Source: Verrucomicrobiota bacterium (GTDB lineage Bacteria > Verrucomicrobiota > Verrucomicrobiia > Verrucomicrobiales > DEV007). Taken from it: a stretch of DNA of 62,757 nt. Shown piece by piece: positions 48,360 through 59,139 of this stretch. The position numbers were made by a program, and so were the translations under genes. The stretch is from contig JASFYY010000011.1 in NCBI GenBank assembly GCA_045046875.1, positions 1 to 62,757 of the forward strand, read 5' to 3'. Each line of letters opens with the position of its first letter. The stretch's first letter is position 1. Below the pieces are notes generated by a model. It ran no database searches and was not told the DNA's origin. It was given only the letters and a program-made list of their open reading frames with translations.

Positions 48360-48449
48360 AGGGAACATTAGAGCCTGTAGCGGGCCATGATGCAACCCTT
48401 CCCTTTGCTGCCTGGGCTTGAAAATGCTTGGCTGGAAGATTCGGGGATA

Positions 48450-48503
48450 CACGGATTTGCCCGGCCTTCGCCCGTGGGGCTACGTCGAGGCAAGCAATCC
48501 GTG
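48450..48503. repeat. REP-like composite hairpin
   Basis: CACGGATT...GCCTTCGC...GCTACG..AGGCAAG...AATCCGTG with inverted ends. Confidence 0.45.
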
Positions 48504-48632
48504 CCACGCTGGGGGGAGGTGGGAATGTGACGGAATCGGCACGAGTATCCATTTGTTTACAGGGGGGGCAAGGGTTGATGTTCGGAACGTCTCGAATGAG
48601 GCGGTTTAGAAAAACAAACAACCAACTAAAAA

Positions 48633-49607
48633 ATGATGAAATTATCCATCAAATCGTTCACATCTGTTGCAAGTGCAATATTCGTCCTGACTGTATCCGG
48701 GGCAAATGCCCAGACCAAGGTTGATCAAGAATTGCCCGACTATGAAAAGGTCAGTGGCATCACTGGTAATCTGAATTCGATCGGTTCGGATACTCTGAAT
48801 AACCTGATGACTTATTGGGCGGAGGCTTTTAAAGCCAAGTATCCCAATGTGAATATCCAGATCGAGGGCAAGGGTTCGTCCACCGCACCTCCAGCTTTGA
48901 TCGAAGGCACTTCGCAACTGGGGCCTATGAGCCGTGCGATGAAGTCCGAGGAATTGGATGCGTTCGAGAAGAAATTTGGCTACAAACCGACTCAAATCAA
49001 AGTGGCGATTGATGCGCTGGCGGTTTATACCCACAAAGACAACCCTTTGAAGGGGCTCACGCTCAAGCAGGTGGATTCGATTTTTTCATCCACTTATAAG
49101 CGGGGTGGGGAAGCCATCAAAAAATGGGGGCAAGCCGGGATGGAAAACGAGTGGGCCAACAAGGCGGTTTCGTCTTATGGCCGCAACAGCGCTTCGGGCA
49201 CTTATGGTTATTTCAAGAAAGTGGCTTTGAAAAAGGGCGACTACGCCACTTCAGTGAAAGAGCAGCCGGGTTCGTCGGCTGTGGTGCAAGGGGTGGCCAG
49301 TGATTTAGCTGGCATAGGTTATTCGGGCATTGGTTATAAAACTTCGGGTGTCAACGCGATTGCCCTGGGTGAATCAGAAGACCAGATGTTTGAGCCGTCC
49401 TTTGAAAATTGCCTGAGCGGGGATTACCCGATGGCGCGGTTTTTGTATATCTACGTGAACAAAAAACCGGGCAAACCTTTGGACAAACTCACTCTTGAGT
49501 TTCTTAAGCTGGTATTGGCCAAAGAGGGGCAGCAGATCGTGATCAAGGATGGATATTACCCGATGCCGAATGAAATCGCACAGGAAGCAAATTCCGTGTT
49601 GAAATAA
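48633..49607 (+). CDS. pstS: Phosphate ABC transporter substrate-binding protein
   Basis: Motifs GSDTL, GKGSSTA, MSR and GRNSASGTY. Confidence 0.96.
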   Translation: MMKLSIKSFTSVASAIFVLTVSGANAQTKVDQELPDYEKVSGITGNLNSIGSDTLNNLMTYWAEAFKAKYPNVNIQIEGKGSSTAPPALIEGTSQLGPMSRAMKSEELDAFEKKFGYKPTQIKVAIDALAVYTHKDNPLKGLTLKQVDSIFSSTYKRGGEAIKKWGQAGMENEWANKAVSSYGRNSASGTYGYFKKVALKKGDYATSVKEQPGSSAVVQGVASDLAGIGYSGIGYKTSGVNAIALGESEDQMFEPSFENCLSGDYPMARFLYIYVNKKPGKPLDKLTLEFLKLVLAKEGQQIVIKDGYYPMPNEIAQEANSVLK

Positions 49608-49716
49608 AAAATCAAATAACACAGGCATGGTGGCACAATTTTCGAGTTGTGCGGTCATGGCGCTTTCTATTCAGGGTGGATTTTTTGTAACAAGTGTTTT
49701 ATAGCAGCAGTCGTTT

Positions 49717-52023
49717 ATGAGTAACAATTCTGACTCAGTGAAAAATATCGAAGATGATCCTAAACGTTTCACTGCGTCGCGACGGGTTTTGGCGGTGGAT
49801 TGGTTCATGACCTACTTCATCCGTCTGGGGGGAGTCGGAGTGATCCTGACGGTGGTGGGGATATTTTTCTTTATTTTGTCACAAGTGCTGCCGCTGTTTC
49901 AAGGGGCGCGGGTGGAGCAGGTGACTGGGCTGAATGTGCCGGCTTTGCCTGAAGGCCAGTATGTGGCGTTGGCGAGTGATGAGTGGGCGGAGTTGCCGCT
50001 GGTGGTGGCAAAAGACGGCGGGGTTTATTTTATCGATCTCAAAGGCGGGCGGGGAATTATAGAAAAATCTCCGATGTGGTTGGAGGGTGGCAAAGCCTCG
50101 GCGATCGAGGTTGATCATGGAGCCCAAGTGATTTCGGTAGGAACCCGGAGTGGTCGTTTCCATTTGTTGAAGTATGAATACCAGGCGGAATTTGCCGAAG
50201 ACGTGCGTACGATCAAGGAATCCTTGAAGCAAGAATACCAAGGAGAAGTAGCGGGCGGGCAAGCGATCAAATTGATTGCCCTGGGGCAGTCGGAAAGTGT
50301 GCGGGTGATTGCAACGGTGGCGGGGGATGGCGCGCAGCAGAGCCTGGCGGTGCAAACGCTCAAGCGCAAACGCAGCTTGATGGGGGTGGGTAAATGGAAA
50401 GAGAGTGCCCAGCAGGATTTGAGCGTCAAATTGCCGGCCGAGGTGGACATCCAGAAAATCCTGATGAGCAATCGTGGTGATGCTTTGATCGTGGTGGAGC
50501 ATAGCGGGCGGGTGAGTTATTTTTTTCGTGAGGATGATGAATTCGAGTTGAGGCAACAGTTTGCACCTTTTGAAAACAGGCCGGGCAGTAAGATTGTCAG
50601 CACAGGTTTTTTGTTAGGTGATGTGTCACTGGTTTTTGCTGCTGATGACGGCAGCAACGAGGTGTTCAGTCTGCTGCGCTCCGATGCGGATCCGGTGCGA
50701 AAATTTCATCACACCAAGACTCTGGCTTCTTTGGGGGCGGCGGCGGATTATTATGCCACCTCGTCTCGCAACAAGGCGTTTTTGTTGGGAGCGGGCAGTC
50801 ACGCTTCGTTGCGTTTTTCGACTTCTGAAACTATTCGCTGGAGTGATGAACTGCCTTGGCCAGTCCGGCTTGGAGTGATCAGTGGCAAATACGATGCTTT
50901 GTTATTTTTGGATCAAGCAGGACAAATTCATAAATACCGTCTCGACGACCCTCATCCGGAAGCCGGCTTGAAGGCCTTTTTTGGCAAGGTGTGGTATGAG
51001 GGCGCGTCGGAGCCCAAGTATGAGTGGCAGTCCACTGGGGGCAGCGATGACTTTGAGCCAAAGTTTTCCCTGGTGCCGTTGATTTTCGGATCTTTTAAAG
51101 GAACGATGTATGCGATGCTGTTTGCGGTGCCGATCGCTTTGTTTGGCGCGTTGTATACGTCTGAGTTTTTGCATCCGAGGCATAAGATTTTTATCAAGCC
51201 GGTGATGGAGATCATGGCTTCGCTGCCATCGGTGGTATTGGGGTTCATGGCGGCGTTGTGGCTGGCTCCGTTGATTGAGGGACGGGTGCCGTCTTTGTTA
51301 TTGGTGGTGGCTTTGGTGCCGAGCGGGGCTTTTTTGCTCGGTTGGTGGTGGGGATCGCAGCCGATGTATGTGCGCAAGTGGATTCCCCAGGGTTTGGAGT
51401 TTTTGTATTTCATGCCGGTATTGATGGGGCTCGGCTGGGTAGGATGGATTTTGGGGCCGCATTTGGAGCAGATGGTGTTCACCGTGACGGATCCGCAAAC
51501 GGGTAAGACGGTGGGCGATTTTTCCCAGTGGTGGCCGCAGGTGACGGGGACTTCTTTCCAGCAGCGCAATTCGCTGGTGGTGGGTTTTATGATGGGGTTC
51601 ACGGTGATTCCGATTGTGTTCACGATCGCAGAAGATGCTTTGTCCAATGTGCCGGGTGCTTTGCGAACCGGGTCATTGGCGATGGGGGCCAGTCGTTGGC
51701 AGACGGCTTGGCGTATTGTATTGCCGACGGCTTCGGCGGGAATTTTCTCCGGGCTGATGGTGGGCTTGGGGCGTGCGGTGGGCGAGACAATGATCGTGGT
51801 GATGGCTACGGGCAATACGCCGATCATGGAGTGGAATGTGTTTTCTGGTATGCGGACCCTGTCCGCCAACATTGCAGTGGAATTGCCTGAAGCGCCGCAG
51901 CACAGCACCTTGTATCGAACGCTTTTTCTTGGTGCTTTTGTTTTGTTTTTGCTGACTTTTTTAGTGAATACGGTTGCCGAGCTATTGCGGCAACATCTGC
52001 GGGATCGTTACAAAACGGTGTGA
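49717..52023 (+). CDS. pstC: Phosphate ABC permease PstC (long form)
   Basis: Large periplasmic domain, then PSVVLG, EDAL and GRAVGETM. Confidence 0.93.
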   Translation: MSNNSDSVKNIEDDPKRFTASRRVLAVDWFMTYFIRLGGVGVILTVVGIFFFILSQVLPLFQGARVEQVTGLNVPALPEGQYVALASDEWAELPLVVAKDGGVYFIDLKGGRGIIEKSPMWLEGGKASAIEVDHGAQVISVGTRSGRFHLLKYEYQAEFAEDVRTIKESLKQEYQGEVAGGQAIKLIALGQSESVRVIATVAGDGAQQSLAVQTLKRKRSLMGVGKWKESAQQDLSVKLPAEVDIQKILMSNRGDALIVVEHSGRVSYFFREDDEFELRQQFAPFENRPGSKIVSTGFLLGDVSLVFAADDGSNEVFSLLRSDADPVRKFHHTKTLASLGAAADYYATSSRNKAFLLGAGSHASLRFSTSETIRWSDELPWPVRLGVISGKYDALLFLDQAGQIHKYRLDDPHPEAGLKAFFGKVWYEGASEPKYEWQSTGGSDDFEPKFSLVPLIFGSFKGTMYAMLFAVPIALFGALYTSEFLHPRHKIFIKPVMEIMASLPSVVLGFMAALWLAPLIEGRVPSLLLVVALVPSGAFLLGWWWGSQPMYVRKWIPQGLEFLYFMPVLMGLGWVGWILGPHLEQMVFTVTDPQTGKTVGDFSQWWPQVTGTSFQQRNSLVVGFMMGFTVIPIVFTIAEDALSNVPGALRTGSLAMGASRWQTAWRIVLPTASAGIFSGLMVGLGRAVGETMIVVMATGNTPIMEWNVFSGMRTLSANIAVELPEAPQHSTLYRTLFLGAFVLFLLTFLVNTVAELLRQHLRDRYKTV

Positions 52024-52053
52024 GTTATTTGGAATAATTGAGCGAACAATTTG

Positions 52054-53730
52054 ATGAGCGAATTCAGTCAGAAAATCGGAGCTAGCAAAGCGGAGCGAGC
52101 GGCACCAGGTGAACCGATGGTGTGGTTTTCCGGCATGTGGCTGGCGATCGGTATCCTGATGATTATTTTTCTGTTGTCGGTGATTCTGGTCAATGGACTG
52201 AGCGTTTTTTGGCCCAAGGATGTGGTGCAGGTGGAGTTGACCGAAACCAGTAAGGCGGGGTGGAAGCAGTCGAAATATTTTGCCGGGGAGCTGCGCAAGA
52301 CCCAGCAACGTCGAGTGGCCAACGAGGCGGGCGAAGCGATTCCCGAGATTCAACTTTTTGTGGGTAACCGCGATGTTTACGGTTTTGGTTTTAAGTTCAT
52401 TGACGACAGCGATATCAGTCGGCGCACTTACCCGCAGGATATCCTGATGGTGGAGCGGATGGAATACGGTGACATGATCGCCTACCCGGTCAAATTACAA
52501 CTTGTAGGAGGGAAGGAGATTTTAGCGGGAGAGCAGGGTTTCGATGAGGAGCTGCAGGCGGCGGTTGAGCGGGTCAATCTGCGTAGGGATAAAATATCGT
52601 TTATTGAAAGAGGAGAGATTGGTGGGGTGAACAGGGAGATGGAGCGGCTTAAAATGAAACTCAAAAAAGCGGAGTTGAACACGGAGGATGTTGAAAAAGT
52701 CAAGTTGGAGGCGGGGCAGAAGCAGCAAGTTTTGCAGCAGGAATACGAGAAGCTGGCCGCGCAAGCGGCGGTGTTGAGGAAGCAGCAAAATGAAGATATT
52801 TTCTTTTATCGTTTGGTGACGGGTGAGCAACGTTCACAAGTAGTGGGGGATTTGGTTTCGTTTTATTATCCTAATCAGTTGTCCCTAGCTGGAAAGGTAA
52901 GTCATTTTTTCAACCGTGGCTGGGGATTTCTGGTGGATGAGCCGCGCGAGGCGAATACCGAGGGAGGGGTATTTCCAGCTTTGTTTGGCACCTTCGTGAT
53001 GACTTTGATCATGTGCATCCTGGTGGTGCCGTTTGGGGTGGTGGCGGCGATTTACCTTCAGGAGTATGCCAAACAAGGTCTGGTGGTTCGAATAGTTAGA
53101 ATAGCTGTTAATAATCTGGCCGGAGTGCCATCGATTGTTTACGGGGTGTTTGGGCTGGGATTTTTTGTTTATATACTGGGCGGATCCATTGACAGTTTGT
53201 TTTACCCCGAACGCCTGCCGACACCTACTTTTGGCACCGGAGGATTGCTGTGGGCTTCCCTGACGATGGCCTTGATGACGGTTCCTGTGGTGATTGTCTC
53301 GACGGAAGAAGCGCTGGCTTCGGTGACGCGTGGGATGCGTGAGGCGTCGCTCGCAGCGGGAGCCTCGAAGTGGCAGACGATTCAGCACATCGTGATTCCG
53401 GGCGGATTGCCGGGTATTATCACTGGCATGATTCTGGCCATGGCTCGCGGAGCGGGGGAGGTGGCTCCGCTGATGTTGGTCGGGGTGGTGAAGTTAGCGC
53501 CGACTCTGCCGTTGGACACGGTGGCTCCCTTTGTGCATTTGGAACGCAAGTTCATGCATCTCGGTTTTCATATTTACGATTTGGGATTCCAGTCACCGGA
53601 TTCGGAAGCAGCCAAACCGATGGTTTTTGCGACCACCTTGTTATTGATCGTGTTGGTGGTGGTATTGAATGCTGCGGCGATCATGATTCGCGAGAAGCTG
53701 CGCAAGAAGTATTCGAGCGGGGCATTTTAA
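52054..53730 (+). CDS. pstA: Phosphate ABC permease PstA (long form)
   Basis: Motifs [20 protein letters not shown] and [10 protein letters not shown]. Confidence 0.95.
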   Translation: MSEFSQKIGASKAERAAPGEPMVWFSGMWLAIGILMIIFLLSVILVNGLSVFWPKDVVQVELTETSKAGWKQSKYFAGELRKTQQRRVANEAGEAIPEIQLFVGNRDVYGFGFKFIDDSDISRRTYPQDILMVERMEYGDMIAYPVKLQLVGGKEILAGEQGFDEELQAAVERVNLRRDKISFIERGEIGGVNREMERLKMKLKKAELNTEDVEKVKLEAGQKQQVLQQEYEKLAAQAAVLRKQQNEDIFFYRLVTGEQRSQVVGDLVSFYYPNQLSLAGKVSHFFNRGWGFLVDEPREANTEGGVFPALFGTFVMTLIMCILVVPFGVVAAIYLQEYAKQGLVVRIVRIAVNNLAGVPSIVYGVFGLGFFVYILGGSIDSLFYPERLPTPTFGTGGLLWASLTMALMTVPVVIVSTEEALASVTRGMREASLAAGASKWQTIQHIVIPGGLPGIITGMILAMARGAGEVAPLMLVGVVKLAPTLPLDTVAPFVHLERKFMHLGFHIYDLGFQSPDSEAAKPMVFATTLLLIVLVVVLNAAAIMIREKLRKKYSSGAF

Positions 53731-53744
53731 AGAAGGCAAAACCC

Positions 53745-54629
53745 ATGAATTCAGCTAGTTTGTCACCGATTGCCATGCACAAGGAAAATATACAATCGTC
53801 AGTTCAAAAAACAGGCCCGACGGATCGTCCGGTCGAGGTGGTCGCTGCAGAGGAGCCGGCGCTTGCCGGGCGGCCGGATTACATCAAGGTGAGCGATTTC
53901 AGCTTCAACTACGTGCCGGCGGTGCGGGTTTTGCATAACATCACTATGGAGATCCCCGAAAAGCAGGTGACGGCTTTTATCGGGCCGTCGGGTTGTGGTA
54001 AAACGACGTTGTTGCGTAATTTTAACCGCATGAACGATCTGATCGACGGGGTCAGTCACGAGGGGCATATCTATGTCAACGATCAGGACATTCATGATCG
54101 TAATCTGGAAGTGATCTCCCTGCGCAAACGCATTGGCATGGTGTTTCAGAAATCGAACCCTTTCCCAAAAACGATTTATGAAAATGTGGTCTACAGTTTG
54201 CGTGTGGCGGGGCAAAAAAATAAAGAACTGCTCAACGAGGTGGTGGAGAGAAGTTTGAAAAGCGCAGCTTTGTGGGAAGAAACCAAAGACCGCCTGCATG
54301 ACAGTGCCTTGGGTTTGTCGGGTGGGCAGATGCAACGTTTGTGCATTGCCCGGGCGATTGCCAACCGGCCGGAGATTTTGTTGATGGACGAACCTTGCTC
54401 GGCTCTTGATCCGATCGCGACTGCCAAGATCGAGGAGTTGATCACGGAATTAAAACAGAGTTTCACCGTGGTGATTGTCACTCACAATATGCAGCAGGCG
54501 ACCCGGGTGTCGGATCGGGCGGCTTACTTTTTCATGGGTAAATTGATTGAGATGGATGATACCACCCAGTTATTTTCCAATCCTTCACAGAAAGAAACCG
54601 AAGATTATATTTCGGGGCGTTTTGGTTGA
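53745..54629 (+). CDS. pstB: Phosphate ABC ATP-binding protein
   Basis: Motifs [23 protein letters not shown] and YISGRFG. Confidence 0.97.
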   Translation: MNSASLSPIAMHKENIQSSVQKTGPTDRPVEVVAAEEPALAGRPDYIKVSDFSFNYVPAVRVLHNITMEIPEKQVTAFIGPSGCGKTTLLRNFNRMNDLIDGVSHEGHIYVNDQDIHDRNLEVISLRKRIGMVFQKSNPFPKTIYENVVYSLRVAGQKNKELLNEVVERSLKSAALWEETKDRLHDSALGLSGGQMQRLCIARAIANRPEILLMDEPCSALDPIATAKIEELITELKQSFTVVIVTHNMQQATRVSDRAAYFFMGKLIEMDDTTQLFSNPSQKETEDYISGRFG

Positions 54630-54702
54630 AGTGAAATATTTCCAAGTGAACATCAGTGGTTATATTTTTTGTTATTGTGTAGTGTAAGTATTTTTAAATA
54701 TT

Positions 54703-55419
54703 ATGAATTCATCCGGTAAAGAACACACTCTGGCTTCTTTTGAAGAAGCTCTGCAGGAGTCTCGAAACGCGGTTTTGCGTATGGCCAGTGTGGCTCAACA
54801 GAATTTGGATCATGCGATCACCGGTCTGTTGAGTCGCAATGCTGAGCTTTGCAATGAGGCGATTGCCGATGACGATGAGGTCAATGCTTTTGAAAAAACC
54901 ATTGATGGCGAGGGTTTGAAAATCCTGATGCGCTTCAGTCCGGTAGCAACCGATTTGCGTCAGGTTCTGGCAGCGATGAAGATCGCTAATAATCTGGAGC
55001 GCATATCGGATGAAGCCGGTAGTATCGCGAGACGAGCAAGGAAGATAGGTAAACATCCGGAAGTAGCCGAAACCAGGATGATCGAACCTTTGTATGAGAG
55101 GGCCGTCGTTTTATTGCGAGACGGGATTCGGGCTTATGCGGAATCGGATGTGGATTTGGGACTGGCTTTGCACAAACAGGACGGCAAACTGGACACAGCC
55201 TATCGCAAGACGATCAAGGAGCTGACCAAGGCGATGGAACGTGATCCGGGTAATCTGAAGGTCTATTTGCACCTCATCTTTGTGGCGCGTTGTCTGGAGC
55301 GCATCGGGGATCATGCGGTGAACATTGGAGAAGAGTCGGTGTTTGTCGGCAGTGCGACGGATATTCGTCACATCGGCCCCGAAGCCCTGTCGGAAATGGC
55401 AGAGGACTACAGTGTTTGA
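54703..55419 (+). CDS. phoU: Phosphate signalling protein PhoU
   Basis: PVATDLR, LERISD, LERIGDHAVNI; operon context. Confidence 0.95.
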   Translation: MNSSGKEHTLASFEEALQESRNAVLRMASVAQQNLDHAITGLLSRNAELCNEAIADDDEVNAFEKTIDGEGLKILMRFSPVATDLRQVLAAMKIANNLERISDEAGSIARRARKIGKHPEVAETRMIEPLYERAVVLLRDGIRAYAESDVDLGLALHKQDGKLDTAYRKTIKELTKAMERDPGNLKVYLHLIFVARCLERIGDHAVNIGEESVFVGSATDIRHIGPEALSEMAEDYSV

Positions 55420-55422
55420 ACT

Positions 55423-56301
55423 TTACTGATCGTGGTGTTCAGCGAGCACCATTTCCAGATAAGCCCGGTAGTCGGGGCTGCGGGTGTCGGCGATGACTTT
55501 GGTAAAGCCGTCGACGTCGATGAAACCTTGGTTAAAAGCCACTTCTTCGATGCAGGCAACTTTGTAGCTCTGCTGATGTTCGATCGTCGCGATGTATTGA
55601 CTGGCTTCGAGCAGGCTGTTGGGGGTGCCGCTGTCGAGCCAGGCGATGCCACGTCCCAACGGTTCGACATTCAATTCACCGCGTTTCAGATATTCTTTGT
55701 TGAGATCGGTGATCTCTAGCTCTCCTCGGGCCGAGGGTTGCAGCCCTTTGGTGTATTCGACGATTTTGTCGTCGTAAACGTAGAGTCCGGGTACGGCAAA
55801 ATTACTCTTGGGTTCGGCGGGTTTTTCTTCGAGGCTCAAAACTTTTTGATTTTTATCAAACTCCACCACGCCGAAACGTTCGGGGTCGCGGACGGGGTAG
55901 GCAAAAACGCAGGCCCCTTCTTCGCGTTCGAGCGCGCGGCGGAAAAAGTTCAGTCGACCGTAGAAGATGTTGTCCCCGAGGATCAGGGTGACGCCATCAT
56001 CGCCGATGAAATCTTCGCCGATCAGGAAGGCCTGGGCGATACCCTTGGGTTCGGGCTGCACGGCATATTCGATGTTCATGCCGATGCGCGATCCGTCACC
56101 GAGCAGCTTTTCAAAAGCCGGGATGTCTTTTGGGGTGGAGATGATCAGCACGTCCTGGATGCCGCCCAACATCAGAGTGGATAGCGGGTAGTAGATCATC
56201 GGCTTGTCGTAAACCGGTAATAGTTGTTTGCAGGCGACCTCGGTCAAGGGATAGAGCCGGGTGCCGGCACCGCCAGCGAGAATGATTCCTTTGCGTTTCA
56301 T
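55423..56301 (-). CDS. rmlA: Glucose-1-phosphate thymidylyltransferase
   Basis: Motifs GIILAGGAGTRLYP, KQLLPVYDKPM and SARGELEITD. Confidence 0.97.
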   Translation of the reverse strand: MKRKGIILAGGAGTRLYPLTEVACKQLLPVYDKPMIYYPLSTLMLGGIQDVLIISTPKDIPAFEKLLGDGSRIGMNIEYAVQPEPKGIAQAFLIGEDFIGDDGVTLILGDNIFYGRLNFFRRALEREEGACVFAYPVRDPERFGVVEFDKNQKVLSLEEKPAEPKSNFAVPGLYVYDDKIVEYTKGLQPSARGELEITDLNKEYLKRGELNVEPLGRGIAWLDSGTPNSLLEASQYIATIEHQQSYKVACIEEVAFNQGFIDVDGFTKVIADTRSPDYRAYLEMVLAEHHDQ

Positions 56302-56490
56302 AATATGGGAAGGCTGTAGCTGTTTAGGTAGTTAGACTGTAGGAGAAAGAGAACCACAGCCGAGACAAAGTCAAGACAGCCGGAGGCAAATGGACACTAA
56401 TAAACACTAATAATAAAGAGGGGAATACTGTTATTCGCTTCGCTCTGGTTGCGGTTCGATTTCTGAATTTTGAATTTTGAATCCTTTCCC

Positions 56491-57567
56491 CTAAATCCCC
56501 AATCTTTGGCCTTGGTAGGTTCCTTTTTCGACGGCTTCGCTCCACGGGTCATTATCAAAATACCATTTCACGGTTTCGAGCAGGCCGCTGGTGAAGTTTT
56601 CCCTGGGTTGCCAGCCGAGTTCGTTTTCGATTTTGGTGCAGTTGATGGCGTAGCGGTGGTCGTGACCGGGGCGGTCGGTGACAAATTCGATCATCGCGTC
56701 GACGTCGATGTCTTCACTGTCACTTTGCAGCTCGTTGACTGCGGAGATGATGGCGCGCACCACGTCGATATTTTTCATCTCACATTTGCCACCGATGTTG
56801 TAAACTTCTCCGAGTCGCCCCTTCACCAGTGACAAAGCCAAACCCCGGCAGTGGTCTTTGACAAAAAGCCAGTCGCGCACGTTGGAACCATCCCCATAGA
56901 CCGGAAGTTTTTCTCCGCGCCGAGCTTTGGAGATCATCAGCGGGATGAGCTTTTCAGGGAATTGGAAAGGGCCGTAGTTGTTGGAGCAATTGGTGGTGAT
57001 CACCGGCAGCTTGAAGGTGTGGAAGTAGGAGCGCACCAAATGGTCGCTGCCGGCTTTGGAGGCGCTGTAGGGGCTGTTGGGCGCGTAGGGAGTGGTCTCG
57101 CAAAAAGCCGGATCCGTCATGCTCAAGGAACCGTAAACTTCGTCGGTGGAGACGTGGAGGAATCGGAAGTCGTCGCCTTTGCCTTGTTCCACGCGCTGTT
57201 GGTGATGGGCATTGGCCGCGTGCAGCATCTGGAAGGTGCCAACAAAATTGGTCATGATAAATTCTTCCGGCGCTTCGATCGAGCGATCGACGTGGGATTC
57301 AGCGGCGAGGTGCATCACTGCGGTGATGTCATTTTCTTGCAAGGTGTTTTGGACCAGTTCGGCATCGCCGATGTCGCCGTGGACAAATTGATAGCGCGGG
57401 TCGTTTTCGATTGCCGCGAGGTTCTGGGGATTGCCTGCGTAGGTGAGTTTGTCCAAGTTGACCACTTTTTCAATCTTGACTCCGAGTTCGGCGCTGGCTT
57501 CTCCGAGCAGGTAGTGGATCAAATTCGAGCCGATGAAGCCGGCTCCGCCTGTGACTAAAATTCTCAT
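56491..57567 (-). CDS. rmlB: dTDP-glucose 4,6-dehydratase
   Basis: Motifs GGAGFIG, AAESHVDRS, STDEVYG, YSASK and DRPGHD. Confidence 0.97.
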   Translation of the reverse strand: MRILVTGGAGFIGSNLIHYLLGEASAELGVKIEKVVNLDKLTYAGNPQNLAAIENDPRYQFVHGDIGDAELVQNTLQENDITAVMHLAAESHVDRSIEAPEEFIMTNFVGTFQMLHAANAHHQQRVEQGKGDDFRFLHVSTDEVYGSLSMTDPAFCETTPYAPNSPYSASKAGSDHLVRSYFHTFKLPVITTNCSNNYGPFQFPEKLIPLMISKARRGEKLPVYGDGSNVRDWLFVKDHCRGLALSLVKGRLGEVYNIGGKCEMKNIDVVRAIISAVNELQSDSEDIDVDAMIEFVTDRPGHDHRYAINCTKIENELGWQPRENFTSGLLETVKWYFDNDPWSEAVEKGTYQGQRLGI

Positions 57568-57621
57568 ACGGTGTGAGGTTGGTGATTCATTTTTTGATAA
57601 CAGAAAAAGCTGTAACACATC

Positions 57622-59115
57622 TCAGTATTTACGCCACAGAGAAGGCATGAAAAGCACCAGAACGGCGAATATTTCCAAACGGCCGAGGGTCATCAAGAGA
57701 CTGAGCATAAAAAGCGATACGGGGTGCAGCTGGGCAAAGTTCCTGGTGGGACCCAGGTCGCCGAGACCTGGGCCGATGTTGAACATGGTGGCGGCTCCGG
57801 CACCGAGGCTGGTTTGCAGATCCATGTTGGGTTCGATCAGTGAGATGCTCACCGTGCCGACGCCCCAGATGAATACCGCCAGAATCAGGAAAAACATGGT
57901 TTGTGCGCGGATGCCGGGTTCCATTTTCAGGCCATTGATCTTGAGGGTGAAGACCTGTTTGGGACGAAAGGTTTTGACCAGTTCCTGGGCGGAAATTTTA
58001 AAAAACAGGATCACCCGGTTGACTTTGACTCCACCGGCAGTGGATCCGGCGCAGCCTCCGATGAACATCAGCACCAGGATGAGCCATTTTGAGAAGGTCG
58101 GCCATTGGTCGTAGTCCTCGGTGCCGAATCCGGTGGTGGTGCTGATGGAGATGACGGTGAAAAAGGTGTTGCGTAACCCGGCCTCGAAGCTGTCGACCTG
58201 GCCGGACATCCATAGATTGAGGCTGATGAGCAAGGTGATGACGAACAGGGCGATGATATAATTACGCGCTTCTTCCTCCTTTTTGATGCGCTTCCAATTA
58301 CCGTTGATGATCGAGACGTAAAGCATGAAGCTGAGCCCTGATAACAACATGAACAAAGCCAGCCAGCTTTCGATGGCCAGGCTGTTGTAGTGCCCGACGC
58401 TGGCATTTTTGGTGCTGAAACCTCCGGTCGAGATAGTGGTGAGAGCATGGTTGAGTGCATCAAACCAAGGCATGCCAAAGAGCAAATAAAGACCCAGCCC
58501 ACAAATGACGGTCAGGCCGATGTAAACCTTGAATAAACTCAAGGCGACATCGTGGATGCGGACTCGGGCGCCCTCGTTGATGTTGACACTGGATTCGTGC
58601 TGCATCAGGGAGCGACTGCCGACTCCGAGGAAGCCCAACACGGCGACAAACATCACCACGATGCCGAGACCACCCAGCCACTGGGTGAGGGATCGCCATA
58701 GCAGGATGCTGTCAGGGTAGAGGGCAAGATCAATGATGGTGGTTGATCCGGTGGTGGTGAATCCTGACATCGATTCAAAATAGGCCTGCGGAATTGACAG
58801 GCCGGGATCGCAGAAGATATAGGGCAGGCTGCCGAAAGCGGCTGCCAGGATCCAAGTCAGTCCGACGATGGCAATCGCTTCGCGGCGGAGGATCTCTTTG
58901 CGGGCTTTTTTTCCTTTGATCTTTAATTTTGATATGATGTAAAGCAGCGCCCCGCCCCCAGCCGTAATGGCTGCTGAGATTTTCAAGGCTTTGATCGCCG
59001 GGCTGTCCATGCCCCACCATTCTTCGGCATAAGCAAAGCCCAGACAGACCAGCATGGCGATTGCCACTAGTTCTAGCAAAAAACCAAGCACTTTGGCGAT
59101 GACACGAAAATCCAT
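57622..59115 (-). CDS. trkH: Trk potassium uptake membrane protein
   Basis: Motifs FESMSGFTTTG, STGGF, GGCAGSTAGG, NIGPG and GRLE. Confidence 0.95.
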   Translation of the reverse strand: MDFRVIAKVLGFLLELVAIAMLVCLGFAYAEEWWGMDSPAIKALKISAAITAGGGALLYIISKLKIKGKKARKEILRREAIAIVGLTWILAAAFGSLPYIFCDPGLSIPQAYFESMSGFTTTGSTTIIDLALYPDSILLWRSLTQWLGGLGIVVMFVAVLGFLGVGSRSLMQHESSVNINEGARVRIHDVALSLFKVYIGLTVICGLGLYLLFGMPWFDALNHALTTISTGGFSTKNASVGHYNSLAIESWLALFMLLSGLSFMLYVSIINGNWKRIKKEEEARNYIIALFVITLLISLNLWMSGQVDSFEAGLRNTFFTVISISTTTGFGTEDYDQWPTFSKWLILVLMFIGGCAGSTAGGVKVNRVILFFKISAQELVKTFRPKQVFTLKINGLKMEPGIRAQTMFFLILAVFIWGVGTVSISLIEPNMDLQTSLGAGAATMFNIGPGLGDLGPTRNFAQLHPVSLFMLSLLMTLGRLEIFAVLVLFMPSLWRKY

Positions 59116-59139
59116 AAGGAAAGTATTAACAGAGAGCGC

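Noticed and set aside
48500..48632. Pho box upstream of pstS
   Set aside because: Only one weak half-site; no convincing 11-bp-period repeat.
49717..53730. Unusually long PstC/PstA
   Set aside because: Long forms with periplasmic domains are already known in other bacteria.
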